A stretch of 64,000 nucleotides of DNA, taken from Podarcis vaucheri (taxonomy: Eukaryota). The stretch lies in NCBI GenBank assembly GCA_965113315.1, contig OZ220363.1; one strand, 5' to 3'. Shown in pieces: positions 51,336 to 64,000 of the stretch. How positions within the stretch are numbered: position 1 is the stretch's first letter; each line of letters opens with the position of its first letter. A model generated the notes under the pieces. The model was not told the DNA's origin, searched no databases, and was given only the letters and a program-made list of their open reading frames with translations. A program made the translations under genes and the position numbers.

Positions 51336-52079
51336 TTTTGATTCCATACCTCTGGGGGAAAAGCCAACAAGAAGTTCTGCACAAGTTGCTTGACATGAAT
51401 GAGTCTACACAAAATGACTTATCACCGATTTGCTCTCATTGCATTCATTGAGACCCTTCTTGGTGTTTTTATGGTATTAAAAATAGCATGGTAGTGGAGG
51501 AGGAGGAGGAGGAATGAAGGGGAACTCCATGACTGTTTTTCCCATCAGAGCAAGGGGTAACTGAGGGACTTTCCTTGGTCCAGCTAATGAATGAGGCAAT
51601 GATTAGCTTTTCAAGTTTGTTTCTGATGCATTAGCATAGAGCGATTAACAGGATAAAGAGAATCATCAAGCAGAGTTTGGATACTTCCTTCTCTTTAACT
51701 TCACGCTATTAGTTTGAATGGCAACACTTCTTGGCAGGGTTGTTTGCACTTCTAATTAAAAGCTAAAGGTTGCATTTCAGCTGATAAAGATCTTCTGTTA
51801 AAGCTCAGGGTGTTTTACAAGTTGAACCTATGCAAGTCAGAAGTAAGTACTACTGATTTCAAGGGAGCTTGTTCCCAGGAATCCATGCATAGGTTCCTAA
51901 GGAATTGGACATTGTGCTGTGTCCTGCTGTTCTTGGGATTTGGGGGGAGGGAAGCCTCATTGCAATCCTTGTGCAGGATTTCACTACTGTAGTAGGAGCA
52001 GCTCACTGAATGTGGTCTTTTATGTCTATATTAGATTTGTCCAGGTTAACAGTATAGCCTGGCCCAAAATTTCTGGGTA

Positions 52080-52346
52080 CAGTGGTACCTCGCAAGACGA
52101 ATGCCTCGCAAGACAAAAAACTCGCTAGACAAAGGGGTTTTTTGTTTTTTGAGCTGCTTTGCAAGATGATTTTCCCTATGGGCTTGCTTTGCAAGACGGA
52201 AACGTCTTGCAAGTTTGTTTCCTTTTTCTTAACACCGTTAATACAGTTGCGACTTGACTTCGAGGAGCAACTCATAGAACGCAGTGTGGTAGCCTTTTAT
52301 GAGGTTTTTAAAGACTTTGGTGATGTTTGAAGCTTTTCCAAAACTG
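52080..52346. mobile_element. pogo/Tigger-like transposon end fragment (different family)
   Basis: TA-CAGTGGTACCTCGCAAGACG terminus with repeated GCAAGAC motifs; no matching right TIR seen. Confidence 0.7.
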
Positions 52347-54059
52347 TATTTCCTTTTTGAGAAATATATTATTTATTTATTTTAATTCTTAAATTTATTA
52401 GACAGCTGTGAAACTTGTTGTGAAAGTATATTCCTAGTTAATTGTAACATATAGTTCCAGCTATTTTCTACTGCATCCTGATATTCTGAAAACGGGGAAA
52501 ATGATATAACAACATTTCATTCAGTTATTGTTGTTACCTTTGTTTAAAATGGATAGTTTTCTATTTGTTATCAATGTGGAATTTGGGCTTAGAAGAGAGG
52601 AAGAATGGGGTATTAATTATTGAAAGGAAGTTCAATATGTATTTAAGACCTCAAAATTCCTATCACAGTATTTAGGGAGCTGGTCACAGCAAATAATACA
52701 GAGCACTTGCATGACTCATAGCAAATTATATAATTTACTTTAAAACTTCGCCAGTTGTGTCACAGTCTGATTGAAGCCAGACCCCTTAAGATCTGATTCC
52801 AGTTACTTCCTGGCCTGATTTCTTCTTAAGTGTTAAATGTTTAAATTCTTCCAGTGTTTTGATTAATGTTTTCCATGTTAAGAACATAATGCTTCTGTAT
52901 GGTAATTGTTTTTTCTTCTTCTTCCAGTACTCTGGTGATGAAGACAATGACCAATTGACCATTGGTTAAAAAACATACACATACTACTTTATTAAAATTA
53001 GCCTGGGATAGATTTTCTGTTATATATGATCATGTGGGCATGGACTTCAGTGAGGCAAAGTCATTTTCACCAGTTGTGGATATAACTCATTGTACCAGGT
53101 CACATGCCAGTTTTAATTATTTTAAGGAATATACTACCAATTGAGAAATAAGTCCAGCTGTTATTGGACCAAATCCAAATTCAGCTGAGCAATGCTCAAT
53201 GCAGGGAACATCATATAGCCTTTAGCTCCTCCTGCTAAACTGTACATATTTTTCAGTCTCCACCACTGTGTCATGGTGTCCAATTGATTCCCCATCTTGT
53301 TATCTCAGAGGGCTATTTCCAGGATAGCTCTCCCCAATTCCTTAATATTTCAGGCCATTATCTTCACCTTTCCTTTGTATATTCTCACCTTCACATAATT
53401 CCGTGCAGAAAATAGCTATATATGGCAAAGGAAAAAGGAGGCTAGGGATATAGGGTGAATTATGGAATGTAAGGCTATGGTATTATTATATTTATTAAAT
53501 CTGTATACTGCCCTATACCGGGAGATCTCAGGGCGCCTTTCCCCAGGATGCCTTTGCCCAGTGGCTCTGTGGCCCATACATTGCAGCAAAATCCTGCGCA
53601 AGGTTTTGCCCAGTACCTTCTCTGTGTGATGTGCTCATGGGAAAAAGCTGTCCCATGAGCCCTTGCTGCAGAAGTGAGGGGAAAGCCTATATAAGGCTGC
53701 TTTCTCTGGAGCTGACAGCCATTTTGCTTTGAGAGCTTCCTGCCCATGCTCCCTCAGGTTAGAGCCTTCACCGAGCAATTTGGGGTCACTGGTTTGGATC
53801 GATCCAAACCCAGCAGATCCATTCCATCAAGATGGGGCTTGTGGAATGATGACCTGATCCTGGGACCCAATGCCATGCCAACTCTTGCCCTTGCCCTGTC
53901 AATAAACATTTGGCCTGATTTTATCCCATCACCATTGTGCAGTCTGGTTATTTTGCTGCTCTCATGGGTCACACAATGCACCTGCCTGGGCAAAAGAATA
54001 TTCTATCAGTTGCTACAGACATCTTGCAAAAACATGTGGGGTTTTTACCCAGTCTTTCC

Positions 54060-54230
54060 CTGACCCATAAGACTGGACCATGTTATTACTGAATTTCTGT
54101 TTTTATAATACTGCTTTGCTGTTTTTATGGTGCTATTTTATTGCTTTTATATTGTATTTTTGCACACTGCTCAGAGATTTTTAAATATTAAGCGGTTTAG
54201 AAATGTTTTTAAATAAATAAAATAAAATAA
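54060..54230 (+). mobile_element. Old L2 3' UTR/tail
   Basis: T-rich UTR, AAGCGGTTTAGAAATGTTTTT and (AAAT)n tail. Confidence 0.5.
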
Positions 54231-55300
54231 ACAGTGTGAGGCTGAAGTGGCTACTTCATACTGTTTATCAGTTTCTGATGTGATGAGTTTGCAACAAAGC
54301 TAATTTCATCCTGGTAGTTAAATTACTTTATAATAACCTGGTCTATATGTATTAGAAAGTGTGCATTCTTGATGGGAAAATGTACTGCCCAACTATCAAC
54401 TAAATAAATGGAAAAACATACAATAAACAATAAAGGGGCTACATGGGAAAGATCACCCAGGTATGCCACAGGACAATGACATTCTGAAGGTTTATGCATT
54501 GTATTCTGGATCAGAAAACAGACCTGGGTTGTGGGAGAGTGTGATAAAACTCTAAGCAATTCACCAGAGTGCTGAACAGCAGTTAAAAAAAAAAAAAAGA
54601 CCCCCCAAAGCAAACCAAATTACAGGAAGCATGCAGCGGTGACAAGCATTAATAGTACCATTATCTCGAGATAATGCTGCACTGATAAAATATTTTACCA
54701 TGGCCAGGGTCATTATTTCCTGGGGAGAGATGGGCCTCGATATGCTACAGTCTATCACAAAATCTCAAGGGAAGCTACGCAGGATCTCTTGATGTATAAA
54801 ATGCATGAGCTCTGCCGCTATAACTGAAGGGAATATAATTTAGAGGGCATTATTCCGCCGCGGTACAAAGAGGCGAGGCAGGTTGCACACTTCAGGATTG
54901 CAGCGGTCTTGATCGCTCCTTTTTTATCTGACGATATATTACAGAGATCCATATATTATGGGAGGCAGATGAAGGCGTGTGTCGTAGACACAGCTGCTTC
55001 TGAGCCATCTGCGCTATCACCTTCGCAGCCACAGAGGAAATGTAGGAGCAGTTTTCAGCTTGGAGATGGAGGTGCCAGAATCACCATCTATGCACATGCT
55101 CTTGCATCTGTTCGGAATTGCCTGTTGTTCTGCCATATTCAGAAGAACTAAGTTCATGCAGGGGGGATTTTTAAAAAAATGAATTAATTATTTTAACATT
55201 CAGTTTCTCCTTTTGCTCTAGGTCTGTTTACATGGTCTGTTTTTATTGTGAGCCCTTTAAGGGAAATGGGCCCGTATAGATAACGAAACTGCCATTGGGA

Positions 55301-55502
55301 CAGTGGTTCCCAACCTTTTTTTGGTCATGTCCCACCTAAGCATTTCTAAAAACCTGTGACATATAATTCTTATTATTCAAAAAGTGAACTCCTATTCACA
55401 TGGAGGAAGCCTGAAAGGCCATTAATTGTTAATAACACATTCTCAAATTGCCCCCCTTAAAAATCAAATTGCCTCCCATGTGCCCCATGTTGGGAATCCC
55501 GG
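55301..55502. mobile_element. hAT MITE
   Basis: CAGTGGTTCCCAAC / GTTGGGAATCCCGG ends; TSD CATTGGGA/CTTTAGGA. Confidence 0.7.
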
Positions 55503-56248
55503 CTTTAGGAGAAAAAAAGGAGATACCGGTAGGTCCACACCAATACAGCCCTCTTTGATGGCCCTTAGACACAAGACACCGGGACTTATTTATTCTCCCA
55601 GTAAATTTGGGAATTAAATGCCCAAGGACCCAACAGCTGTAAATGCGAGACTGCCATTTTATAAGTGCACATTTTTTAATGGAACTTTGAACTGTTTTGT
55701 GAAGTTGGTTTTAACTGCATTACTGGGAGGACGAACAGTATAAAAATCAAACAAATCCATCATTACATATTAGGGAGGAAATTTGTCACTATCTGGTTCA
55801 TAAGAATTTAAGTACCTCATAATGCTCGGATATATTACAAACTGAGCATTGACTTCCCAAGAGTTCCCCTCCAGCATGGAAGGTAAAATGGAACCCTCCA
55901 CATTTGTATGTTACCACTGACCTGGCTGTTTTGTAGGTGTCTGCTGGAAAATATTTGCCCCATAGTCACAGTGAAGTGAAGTGCTCAGTGTGAAACTGTC
56001 ATTGGATGCTGTGAGCTACATCCAAGTACCAACCAGATTTTTGTTTGATTGATAAACTTTTATTTAACAAAATTTGTCTACAACAACAACCACTCAGTGG
56101 TTTGCATGAAATATGAACTCTACATTAAAATTATCGATAAAAGTCAGATATTACAACCATGTTGACCTGAAGAAATTCAACATATAAATAAAATCAGTAG
56201 TTAAAATTTACATTATAAAATAAATTTACATATTTAAATACTTGTCAA

Positions 56249-56401
56249 NNNNNNNNNNNNNNNNNNNNNNNNNNNNNNNNNNNNNNNNNNNNNNNNNNNN
56301 NNNNNNNNNNNNNNNNNNNNNNNNNNNNNNNNNNNNNNNNNNNNNNNNNNNNNNNNNNNNNNNNNNNNNNNNNNNNNNNNNNNNNNNNNNNNNNNNNNNN
56401 N
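56249..56401. other. Assembly gap (153 N)
   Basis: Run of N. Confidence 1.
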
Positions 56402-56876
56402 TTAAATTTATATGCCCCCCCCTTCCTCCCAAAGGAGCCTAGGGCAGCAAACTGATGAAAACATATTTAAAAAATGACTCTGACTACCATTTGCTGGTGA
56501 ACATAAATGGGAAGAGTGCTGCTCTGCTTTTGTCCTGTTCATGGTTTTTCCAAGATCATCTGGTTGGCTGCTGTGAAAACAGGAAGCTGGACCAGCTGAG
56601 CCTTTGGTATGATCCAGCATGACTCTTATTCTTTTCTTTTCTTTTTTAAATGTAGGTGGGGGGGATGATTGAATTCTGAAGCAAGTTTTCTGCCTTGGCA
56701 TATCCCAGAAACTGCAATTGCCAGAGAGCAAGACAAGTTTCTTGTACATGCCACCTAATTACACTTGCCAAAGCACAAGGTAGAAGAGAACTTTCTGGAG
56801 CAGATTTTTAAAATAGATCTAATTGTAAATTGAGCTGAACAGACTACTGCCACTACAACCATAGACTTACTTACAT

Positions 56877-57345
56877 GTTGTTGTTGTTTAGTCGTTTAGT
56901 TGTGTTCGATTCTTTGTGACCCCATGGACCAGAGCATGCCTGGCACTCCTGTCTTCCACTGCCTCCCACAGTTTGGTCAAACTCATGTTGGTAGCTTCGA
57001 GAACACTATCCAACCATCTCGTCCTCTGCCGTCCCCTTCTCCTTGTGCCCTCCATCTTTCCCAACAACAGGGTCTTTTCCAGGGAGTCTTCTCTTCTCAT
57101 GAGGTGGCCAAAGTACTGGAGCCTCAGCTTCCGGATCTGTCCTTCCAGTGAGCACTCAGGGCTGATTTCCTTAAGAATGGATAGGTTTGATCTTCTTGCA
57201 GTCCATGGGACTCTCAAGAGTCTCCTCCAGCACCATAATTCAAAAGCATAAATTCTTCGGCGATCAGCCTTCTTGATGGTCCAGCTCTCACTTCCATACA
57301 TCACTACTGGGAAAACCATAGCTTTAACTATACAGACCTTTGTTG
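56877..57345 (-). mobile_element. BovB (RTE) LINE, 5'-truncated
   Basis: ORF 56888-57319 MVFPVVMYGSESWTIKKADRRRI..FELWCWRRLLRVPW is the BovB RT C-terminus; (CAA)n tail; 10-bp TSD TTACTTACAT (56867-56876, 57346-57355). Confidence 0.95.
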
Positions 57346-58405
57346 TTACTTACATACATGATACAAAAGAGCTGAATATGGTGCACAAGATGAAAAAAAA
57401 CTACTTACCTAATTTCCATCAGAGATAGCAATTATTTCAAAAGTATCTGAATTAGGGTAAATTTGAAAGAGTTTGGCAACAACAGCTGCAAGTTTTTCTG
57501 CCCTATGAAAGTTAGAGGAAAGAAATAATTGTGCATCTAGGAGACAAATTGTTGGCACTAAACTGAAAGCTAAACAATTAACATTTCTGGAGTGTCTGAA
57601 TAGCAAATACTTCTTTCTTAAAAATCAATTTGCAGTAATCAACTACTAAACACTTCAGTACCTTGCTCAGCTGACTTGTTAATATGTTTATAATTTGCTA
57701 ATGTGGCACGGCAAATGCTTCTTCACAACAATAAGTGTTTTCTCAGAAAATGGGGTTGTAAGAAAAATGCAGACTAGCAGAGCAATTAGATACTCTCAGA
57801 AACGTCCCACAATGATCCAGGAAACTCGGGCTGTTCACTAGGATAGAGACAGTCAGCCTTAATACCCACATGTCACATGGTACAGAGGGAGCCAATCCTC
57901 ACTGGCCAAGCCAGAGGTGTGCCCATCGTGTTGCAATGTGTGAAAAACACCGAACACAGGCAGAGGAAGCAGATGCAGCCAAGGCAACCCTGTGGCACAC
58001 TCTACTAAAGCATAAGTATGCACACACATGCTCTGAGAGTGGCTCGTTCCAATCCCTCCATGTGCAATGTCTCCTCCATTAACCTATATTGGAAGAAGGG
58101 CATAGCGCCAGGCAGTACCAGCAAGCCAGGCAAACTTGTAGTTTGCAAAGCAGGCACAAACAGATGTGAAAAATTACTTTCAGGTGTTCTATTGCCATGA
58201 AGATCAAGGGGGATGGTATGATGGGTCAATGTTTTCTTCAAATATGGCTTTATCATGATCAAGGATTTTATCACTGTTTTGATACGGTTCAAAATGAGCC
58301 ATGACTGAGAACTAAAGAAGGACAAAGGAGGGAAGTCATGGAAATATGGACTGAAAGCAATGCACAGTTCATGGGTGATATCAAATATAAGGCTAGATTA
58401 TAGAC

Positions 58406-58545
58406 TCATCGAATTGTGGAGCTGGAAATGACCACAAGGGTCATCTAGTCCAACCCCCTGCAATGCAGGAATCTTTTGGCCAGTCTGGGGCTCGAACCTA
58501 CAGCCCTGAGATTAAGAGTCTCATGCTCTACTGACTGAGCTATCC
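58406..58545 (-). mobile_element. tRNA-Lys(CTT)-derived SINE with CR1 tail
   Basis: TAGCTCAGTCAGTAGAGCATGAGACTCTTAATCTCAGGG..GGTTCGAGCCCC joined to a CR1 3' end; same family as 35373. Confidence 0.85.
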
Positions 58546-58658
58546 AGAATTCACAGAGCAGTTTATTCCATTTCCCTGATGTTTCCCTAATTGCTCATTT
58601 CTGTATTATATTTGAGCTTTCAGACTACATAAAAGCCACTTCTGGAAATACAGTGGAC

Positions 58659-58698
<40 letters not shown>

Positions 58699-58723
58699 TA
58701 TTTATTTATAATAATAATAATAA
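58659..58723. repeat. (TTA)n followed by (TAA)n
   Basis: Directly visible. Confidence 0.9.
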
Positions 58724-58736
58724 CTACCAAAATTTT

Positions 58737-58870
58737 AGAAGACATCTAAAGGCAGCCCTGTTTAGGGAAGCTTTTAATGTTTAATAGGTTATTGTATTTT
58801 AGTGTTTTGTTGGAAGCTGCCCAGAGTGGCTGGGGAAACCCAGCCAGATGGGCGGGGTATAAATAAATAA

Positions 58871-58908
<38 letters not shown>
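58737..58908 (+). mobile_element. L2 LINE 3' end with (TTA)n tail
   Basis: Encodes RRHLKAALFREAF; same 3' UTR as 16230. Confidence 0.85.
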
Positions 58909-58909
<1 letters not shown>

Positions 58910-59616
58910 TCCCTTTTTTCCATATACCCCTTTAGTTGTCCTTTCACCGTGTTGTTACAAAATGTTCTGAATGCCTCCCTGGCTGTATTCCTGCTTTAGA
59001 TGTAGTTTTTTTAAAAAAACAACTGTGTTGTTTGTTTTGAGCAAAGTTCTCAAATTCTTTCCTCCTTCCTTTTGCCTTGCTGTCAGTTCACATAATTCAT
59101 TTCACTAGAGTTGGTGTTTCTCTCTCTGTGTGTGCATTTCATTTGGAAGAGGCATGCAATTTCTAATGAAAGCCATCTTGTCTTTTATAGCTTCCTCGAC
59201 TCTGCCCTTTAATGATGCTGACCTCCTCTTCACTTTATTTATACCTTTGGTAATCTGGGGTATACTTTTATCTGCGCTTCTATTTTAAAGTGGTTTAAAA
59301 TAAGTTCTGAGCACCCAGAAAAGGATTGGCCCTCCTGATTCTTCCTCTCAGCTTTCTTTTACATAATTCAACTCATCTCAGAGAAGTTTTCATCTTTTGA
59401 AACTGTAAGAGATGATGCTGAACTTCCTTAATGACTTTCCACTTACAACCACATTGAACTGGCTTGTACCGAGGTCACTGTGAATTCACCCAATTAGGAT
59501 CCAGTCAAGGACCACCTCTCGTTAGTCGACTCTGTTGTGCAATTATTTCACATATTTATACATGCCATCTTTTTGCCACAACCTGAATGCATGTTTAGCC
59601 TGCCAACATGGCAATA

Positions 59617-59976
59617 AAAAGGTAAAGGTACCCCTGACTGTTAGGTCCAGTCACGGACGACTCTGGGGTTGCAGCGCTCATCTCGCTCTATAGGCTGAGG
59701 AAGCTGGCATTTGTCCACAGACGATTTCCGGGTCATGTGGCTAGCATGACTAAGCCACTTCTGGCGAACAAGAGCAGTGCACAGAAATGCCGTTTACCTT
59801 CCCGCTGGAGCGGTACCTCTTTATCTGCTTGCACTTTTGGGTGTGCTTTCGAACTGCTAGGTTGGCAGGAGCTGGGACCAAGGAATGGGAACTCACCCTG
59901 TTGCGGGGATTCGAATTGCTAACCTTCTGATCAGCAAGCCCTAGCCTCTGTGGTTTAGACCACAGCGCCACCCGTG
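59617..59976 (-). mobile_element. Sauria SINE
   Basis: Homologous to 39449 and 49376 over its full length. Confidence 0.93.
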
Positions 59977-62352
59977 ATAGTCCCCCATTATTCCACCGTT
60001 TTCTCCTTTGACTATCTCTCCAACAGAGCTGGCAGCACAGCTTTTAGATTTCCCATTATAGTGAATAAAGGAGGGGGGAAAGAGCTTTGTTTTTAACAGA
60101 ATGAATTTGGTTCAAAATAATGAGTTGAATTGGAAAAACACAGAGCAGGACTGAAACTGATGGGTTGATTCTCAAAACTACATACACACAAAAAAGTCTA
60201 ATATTCTGGCTAGTGCAGACCTCTATTAAATGGGCACATCCTAAGGTGATAGCATCTTGGTCAAGACCAAGAGATAACTAAGACTGACCACAATCATTTG
60301 GGGATGTGTACCTCTGCTTTCCAGTTTTCTGTTTCTAACGGCAACTTCTTTGGTTGCAAGACAAGTATTCCAAAGGTTCCCCAACTTTTCTGAGTGATCT
60401 TTTTTTAAAATGGTACAATGATGAGAAGGGAGGATAAGGTCATATTGTGTGAACTGAATATTTTGTTCATTGGAGTCTGTTATATTCTGGGATGAGAAGG
60501 GGCAAAACAGTTTTAAGCATTGGTAGATTCTCTTTTATAGTTCTGTATAGCTAAGTAAAGCTGGAGGTACAGTGCCTAGGAAAGACGATGAAAGGATATA
60601 AAGCAAAAGACTGCAATGAAGCTGTTTCTACTTTTTGTTTTATAAGCTCCAGAGTGCAGCCAAAGAAGAGTCCTTGTTATGTGATGCCCCTTCACAGGTC
60701 AGAAAGAAAAATTAACAAGCCAGAGTTAAAAGCACAGCTAGAAGAAAGGATCTGGCAGGAAGTGGCAATATGAAGTACATTTGTCAGTCTTGGTGAATGC
60801 ATATACAGTGGAAGGTGGGATCTGGTTAGTCTCAGCACCACATCATTCTAATGCTGTTTTGATCTTCTTTTTATCAGTTTCAGTAGGCTACCTGTACTGA
60901 GCATCCATTATACTTTGGACCGAAATGTAGCTTCTAAAAGTTAAATATTGATTTTTTTCAGATCCTACTGTTCCTTTAAGAACTCATACTTGAAAATTCA
61001 GTCTCTAAAAACATAGAATGTCTTTTCTTTACCTTCCTTCTTTCTTTTCCCATAAAAAGTCCTTTCTTTTTCTTGCTTATGGCGACAAGTAAATTTCTCC
61101 ACTCAGTCACGAAGCCGTCAAAGAGGCAAATCTCCAAGGTTTAGCTTTTGTGTGTGAGATTTTTCACACAGCTCTACATCTAATTATCTGTGTATACCAT
61201 CGGCTGAGATTCTCAAGGTATTGCTTATTGGAACTGACCTGCTAGGCATCCCAGGCCTTAAGGATGAATGAATAAATAACTTTGCTGAATGCTGCTGAAT
61301 ATGTGATAATGTAATTAGTATTCTTGCCAACTGAACTGAAAATGCAGTGTTGTTCCTCCAGGGACAATTGCACTTTAAATGTTTTTATTCCCTTTTAAAT
61401 TCATAGGATACATATGAGCTAAGCAAAAGGGTCAATTTAAATTAATACTCCATTATAGTGGAAATTAGTGACTACATTGATCTGTCTTGGGTAGGAAAGG
61501 TACAATTTTATTTTATGTTCTAGGTAAAGCTGATTTGAAAATATATGTGAATCTTTTCTATCATTTCCAAAGCCAATATAATTGAGTATATATGTATTGA
61601 TGTATAATTCATTCACAACTATATACAATTCTTTCATACTTATGATTAGGAAAGTGCCTAGTTGTATCGGGGAGGAAAACATGTCTAAAATAAGTCTATT
61701 TATATAAAATTCTATTTAGAAAATATGTATATTATGTTAGGCAACAGTGACTATGCTGCCATAGTTTATTAGAAAAACATTTGAGCATTTAAAATATTAT
61801 TAAAGTACAAGAGTCCGAGTTTTATTATATCCTCTATTGCTATACTATAAAATAGAATGACTTTAAACCCACGGAAAGCACATGAAGCAGAGATCCAAGC
61901 TTGTTAGGAGAAAGGCGAAGAGAAAAAAGCTTACCCAGAAGCCAAAAACATATCTAGCAGTGATGTTCGCCATTATCTGCATATAAAGCAAATGATTATC
62001 TCCCATAGCTTTGTTGACAGCATCACAAGATGAGTTGCTGTTAAGGATGAAGAGGCAAAATAAAACCGCAAAGACTCAGCATGCTCCTTCCATGGAAGTA
62101 CAGTTAGAAGAGAATGTGTCAACTTAGACTAACAGCCCCAGAGTACACCTGACTGCTGCAGAGACTGTTAATGTTGATTTAGATTACTGCTATCCTGTAG
62201 CTGCGATAGACGCCAAGGTGGTGCTTACTTCCATAAGCCGGGAACTATACTGACAAAAGTATAGTTTTGTCAGTATACTGACTATACTGACTATACTAAA
62301 CTATACTGACATCACCGAGACAATCCTATGAAAATGCAGTAATAGAAGCTGC

Positions 62353-62412
<60 letters not shown>
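62353..62412. repeat. (AAAAC)n(AAC)n microsatellite
   Basis: Directly visible. Confidence 0.95.
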
Positions 62413-62595
62413 GAGATTCTGAAGCTCAGTGGTAGAGCATCTGCTTCATAGGCAGAAGGTTGCAGGTTCAATCCTGAACATTTCTAGGTAGGGTTGGGAG
62501 AAAACTCTGCCTGGAATCTTGGAGAACTGCTGCCTGCCAGTGTAGACAGTACTGAGCTAGCTGGATCAATGGCCTGACTTAGTTTCTTATGTTCC
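62413..62595 (+). mobile_element. tRNA-derived SINE with CR1-type tail
   Basis: AGCTCAGTGGTAGAGCAT..GGTTCAATCC head; GTAGACAGTACTGAGCTAG..GGCCTGACT tail. Confidence 0.7.
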
Positions 62596-63289
62596 ACTCC
62601 TGGACCTCAAGGGGCATCCTAAGGATGGCAATTGTGACAATGCAGGCAGCTCTACCTCAAATGGTTCAGAAAGTCATGGATTCCCCCTTTTACAGGCCCT
62701 TTCTGCCCTTGATAGGATGATTCCAATAACACTCTTCTTTCTATACAAGATGTGTTCCCTGATTCAGAGATCTTTATGTGGATCAGGATAGATAGGTTTT
62801 ACTCTCTTCAACCCCCCCTTCCTTGTCTTGAGAACAAAACATAAAATAAGTTAAAGCTTCTATTTTTTTAAAAAAAGTCTATTGAATGAAATCTCAATTC
62901 TCTTTGGTGCGTACCAACCCTTAATATTCAGCTCCTTAACTTGATCCCATATAATCCTCTTTTTTTTGTAAAGACCATACTAGGAATGGCAGTGAAGTTC
63001 ACCCAGTGAAAGCTCTCTAATGAACATTGAAGGCTCAGAAAGCTTTTCAGCTCAGCTCAAAGTTCACACTGTAAGAGAGTTCCTGCCATCCTCCTTCTTC
63101 TCCCCTGTTGTCTTAGCCAAGGCTTGAATATGGAGGAAGAGGAGGAGTTAGTTAAGTCTGTGGCCACTTACTACTGGCTGAAGAATGTGACCAGACTCTA
63201 GGTAATGAACATTAAGCTGAAAGCCGACCCCAAGCCTGCAAATGTTCGTGGTTATAAGACCTCAGTGAAACCCATCTGTTGCTCATTTC

Positions 63290-63530
63290 CTCAACTGCAT
63301 GTGCAAGAACTGCCTTCTTGACCATTGAACCCACTACTGGTCTTGTCCACTCAATCTGCTGGAGTCTGTCTTTGCATGCAGGGGATAGACAAGTCCCTAA
63401 CTCACCAAGGGTTTGAGAAATATTGGCTACCCTCACCTGGTGTAGCTAGCTAGTCAAACGCATTTACCAGGATGTGACCACCATTGCATGCTGACAGCCA
63501 CAGGTAAGAGCTGAGTGCAGGGTGGGGGCC
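63290..63530 (-). mobile_element. Possible RTE-clade 5' UTR fragment
   Basis: GTCCCTAACTCACC..GGCTACCCTCACCTGG resembles antisense RTE 5' ends (recognition only). Confidence 0.35.
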
Positions 63531-64000
63531 AAAGCTGCATGAACTACCCCAGAGATACTGCCCCTCCTCTAACACAAGCATACACACACTTGCTTTCTCT
63601 CTACCTCTCAATCACCTCCAGTCTGGTTAACATATTGAGCTTTTACATTCCCACAATGTGCTCTGACATACAGACCAAGGATTTGTTCTAGACTAGACTT
63701 TCAGGAAGGTCCCTGTCTGCCTCTCCCATATCAGTCCCTACAGCCACAGCAGTTACTGTAGCTCTACAATGGTTTGGACTTACCCCTAAAGGCACACTTT
63801 TCCATTGTCTCCCAAGACAGACAGATGCCAACAACAACTCAATTTGCCTTCAATTTTGTTGAAGGATGATTGTGTCACACTTGGAGCTCTCCAAAGACCT
63901 GAACCCCCAGCCTCCTTTGCTCTGGTTGCCCCCCATGCCTGTGGACTACTGCTTGGTGCCAGCACATGACACCCATCTCCAGAAGCCATCGGCATCTGTT

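Noticed and set aside
56226-56442. ORFs spanning Ns
   Set aside because: Assembly gap artefact
58470-58545. tRNA-Lys(CTT) gene
   Set aside because: Acceptor stem is broken and it is fused to a CR1 tail, with a second copy at 35.4 kb; it is a SINE head
1-64000. CRISPR arrays, prokaryotic operons, rRNA genes or an identifiable host protein-coding gene
   Set aside because: Eukaryotic repeat-rich DNA; no regularly spaced repeats; no ORF outside TEs matches a protein I recognise

Overview
Vertebrate genomic DNA, almost certainly a squamate and probably a lacertid lizard. This is inferred from the repeat content: Sauria SINEs, Squam3-type SINEs with (CTT)n tails, BovB, CR1, L2, L1 and many hAT/pogo MITEs. 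I cannot support any host protein-coding gene. The window looks like a gene desert or a large intron, with several repeat-free, CpG-retaining, TF-motif-rich blocks that are candidate enhancers. The most structured part is 44.1-51.4 kb. (i) A 757-bp solo LTR (5-bp TSD) is nested in a hAT MITE and is open-reading from its second base for 209 codons. (ii) A very young Penelope/Poseidon-type retroelement (RT thumb + GIY-YIG endonuclease) sits in a (TA)n tract, with a perfect 352-bp inverted pLTR, three minimal hammerhead ribozyme motifs, and a second independent insertion next to it. (iii) A 1.58-kb non-autonomous hAT element (15-bp TIR, 8-bp TSD) splits a Sauria SINE and carries CpG-island-like cargo encoding a signal-peptide-like sequence (candidate Pack-hAT). 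There is one 153-N assembly gap. Family names come from recognition of motifs, not database searches, and the boundaries of old repeats are approximate.
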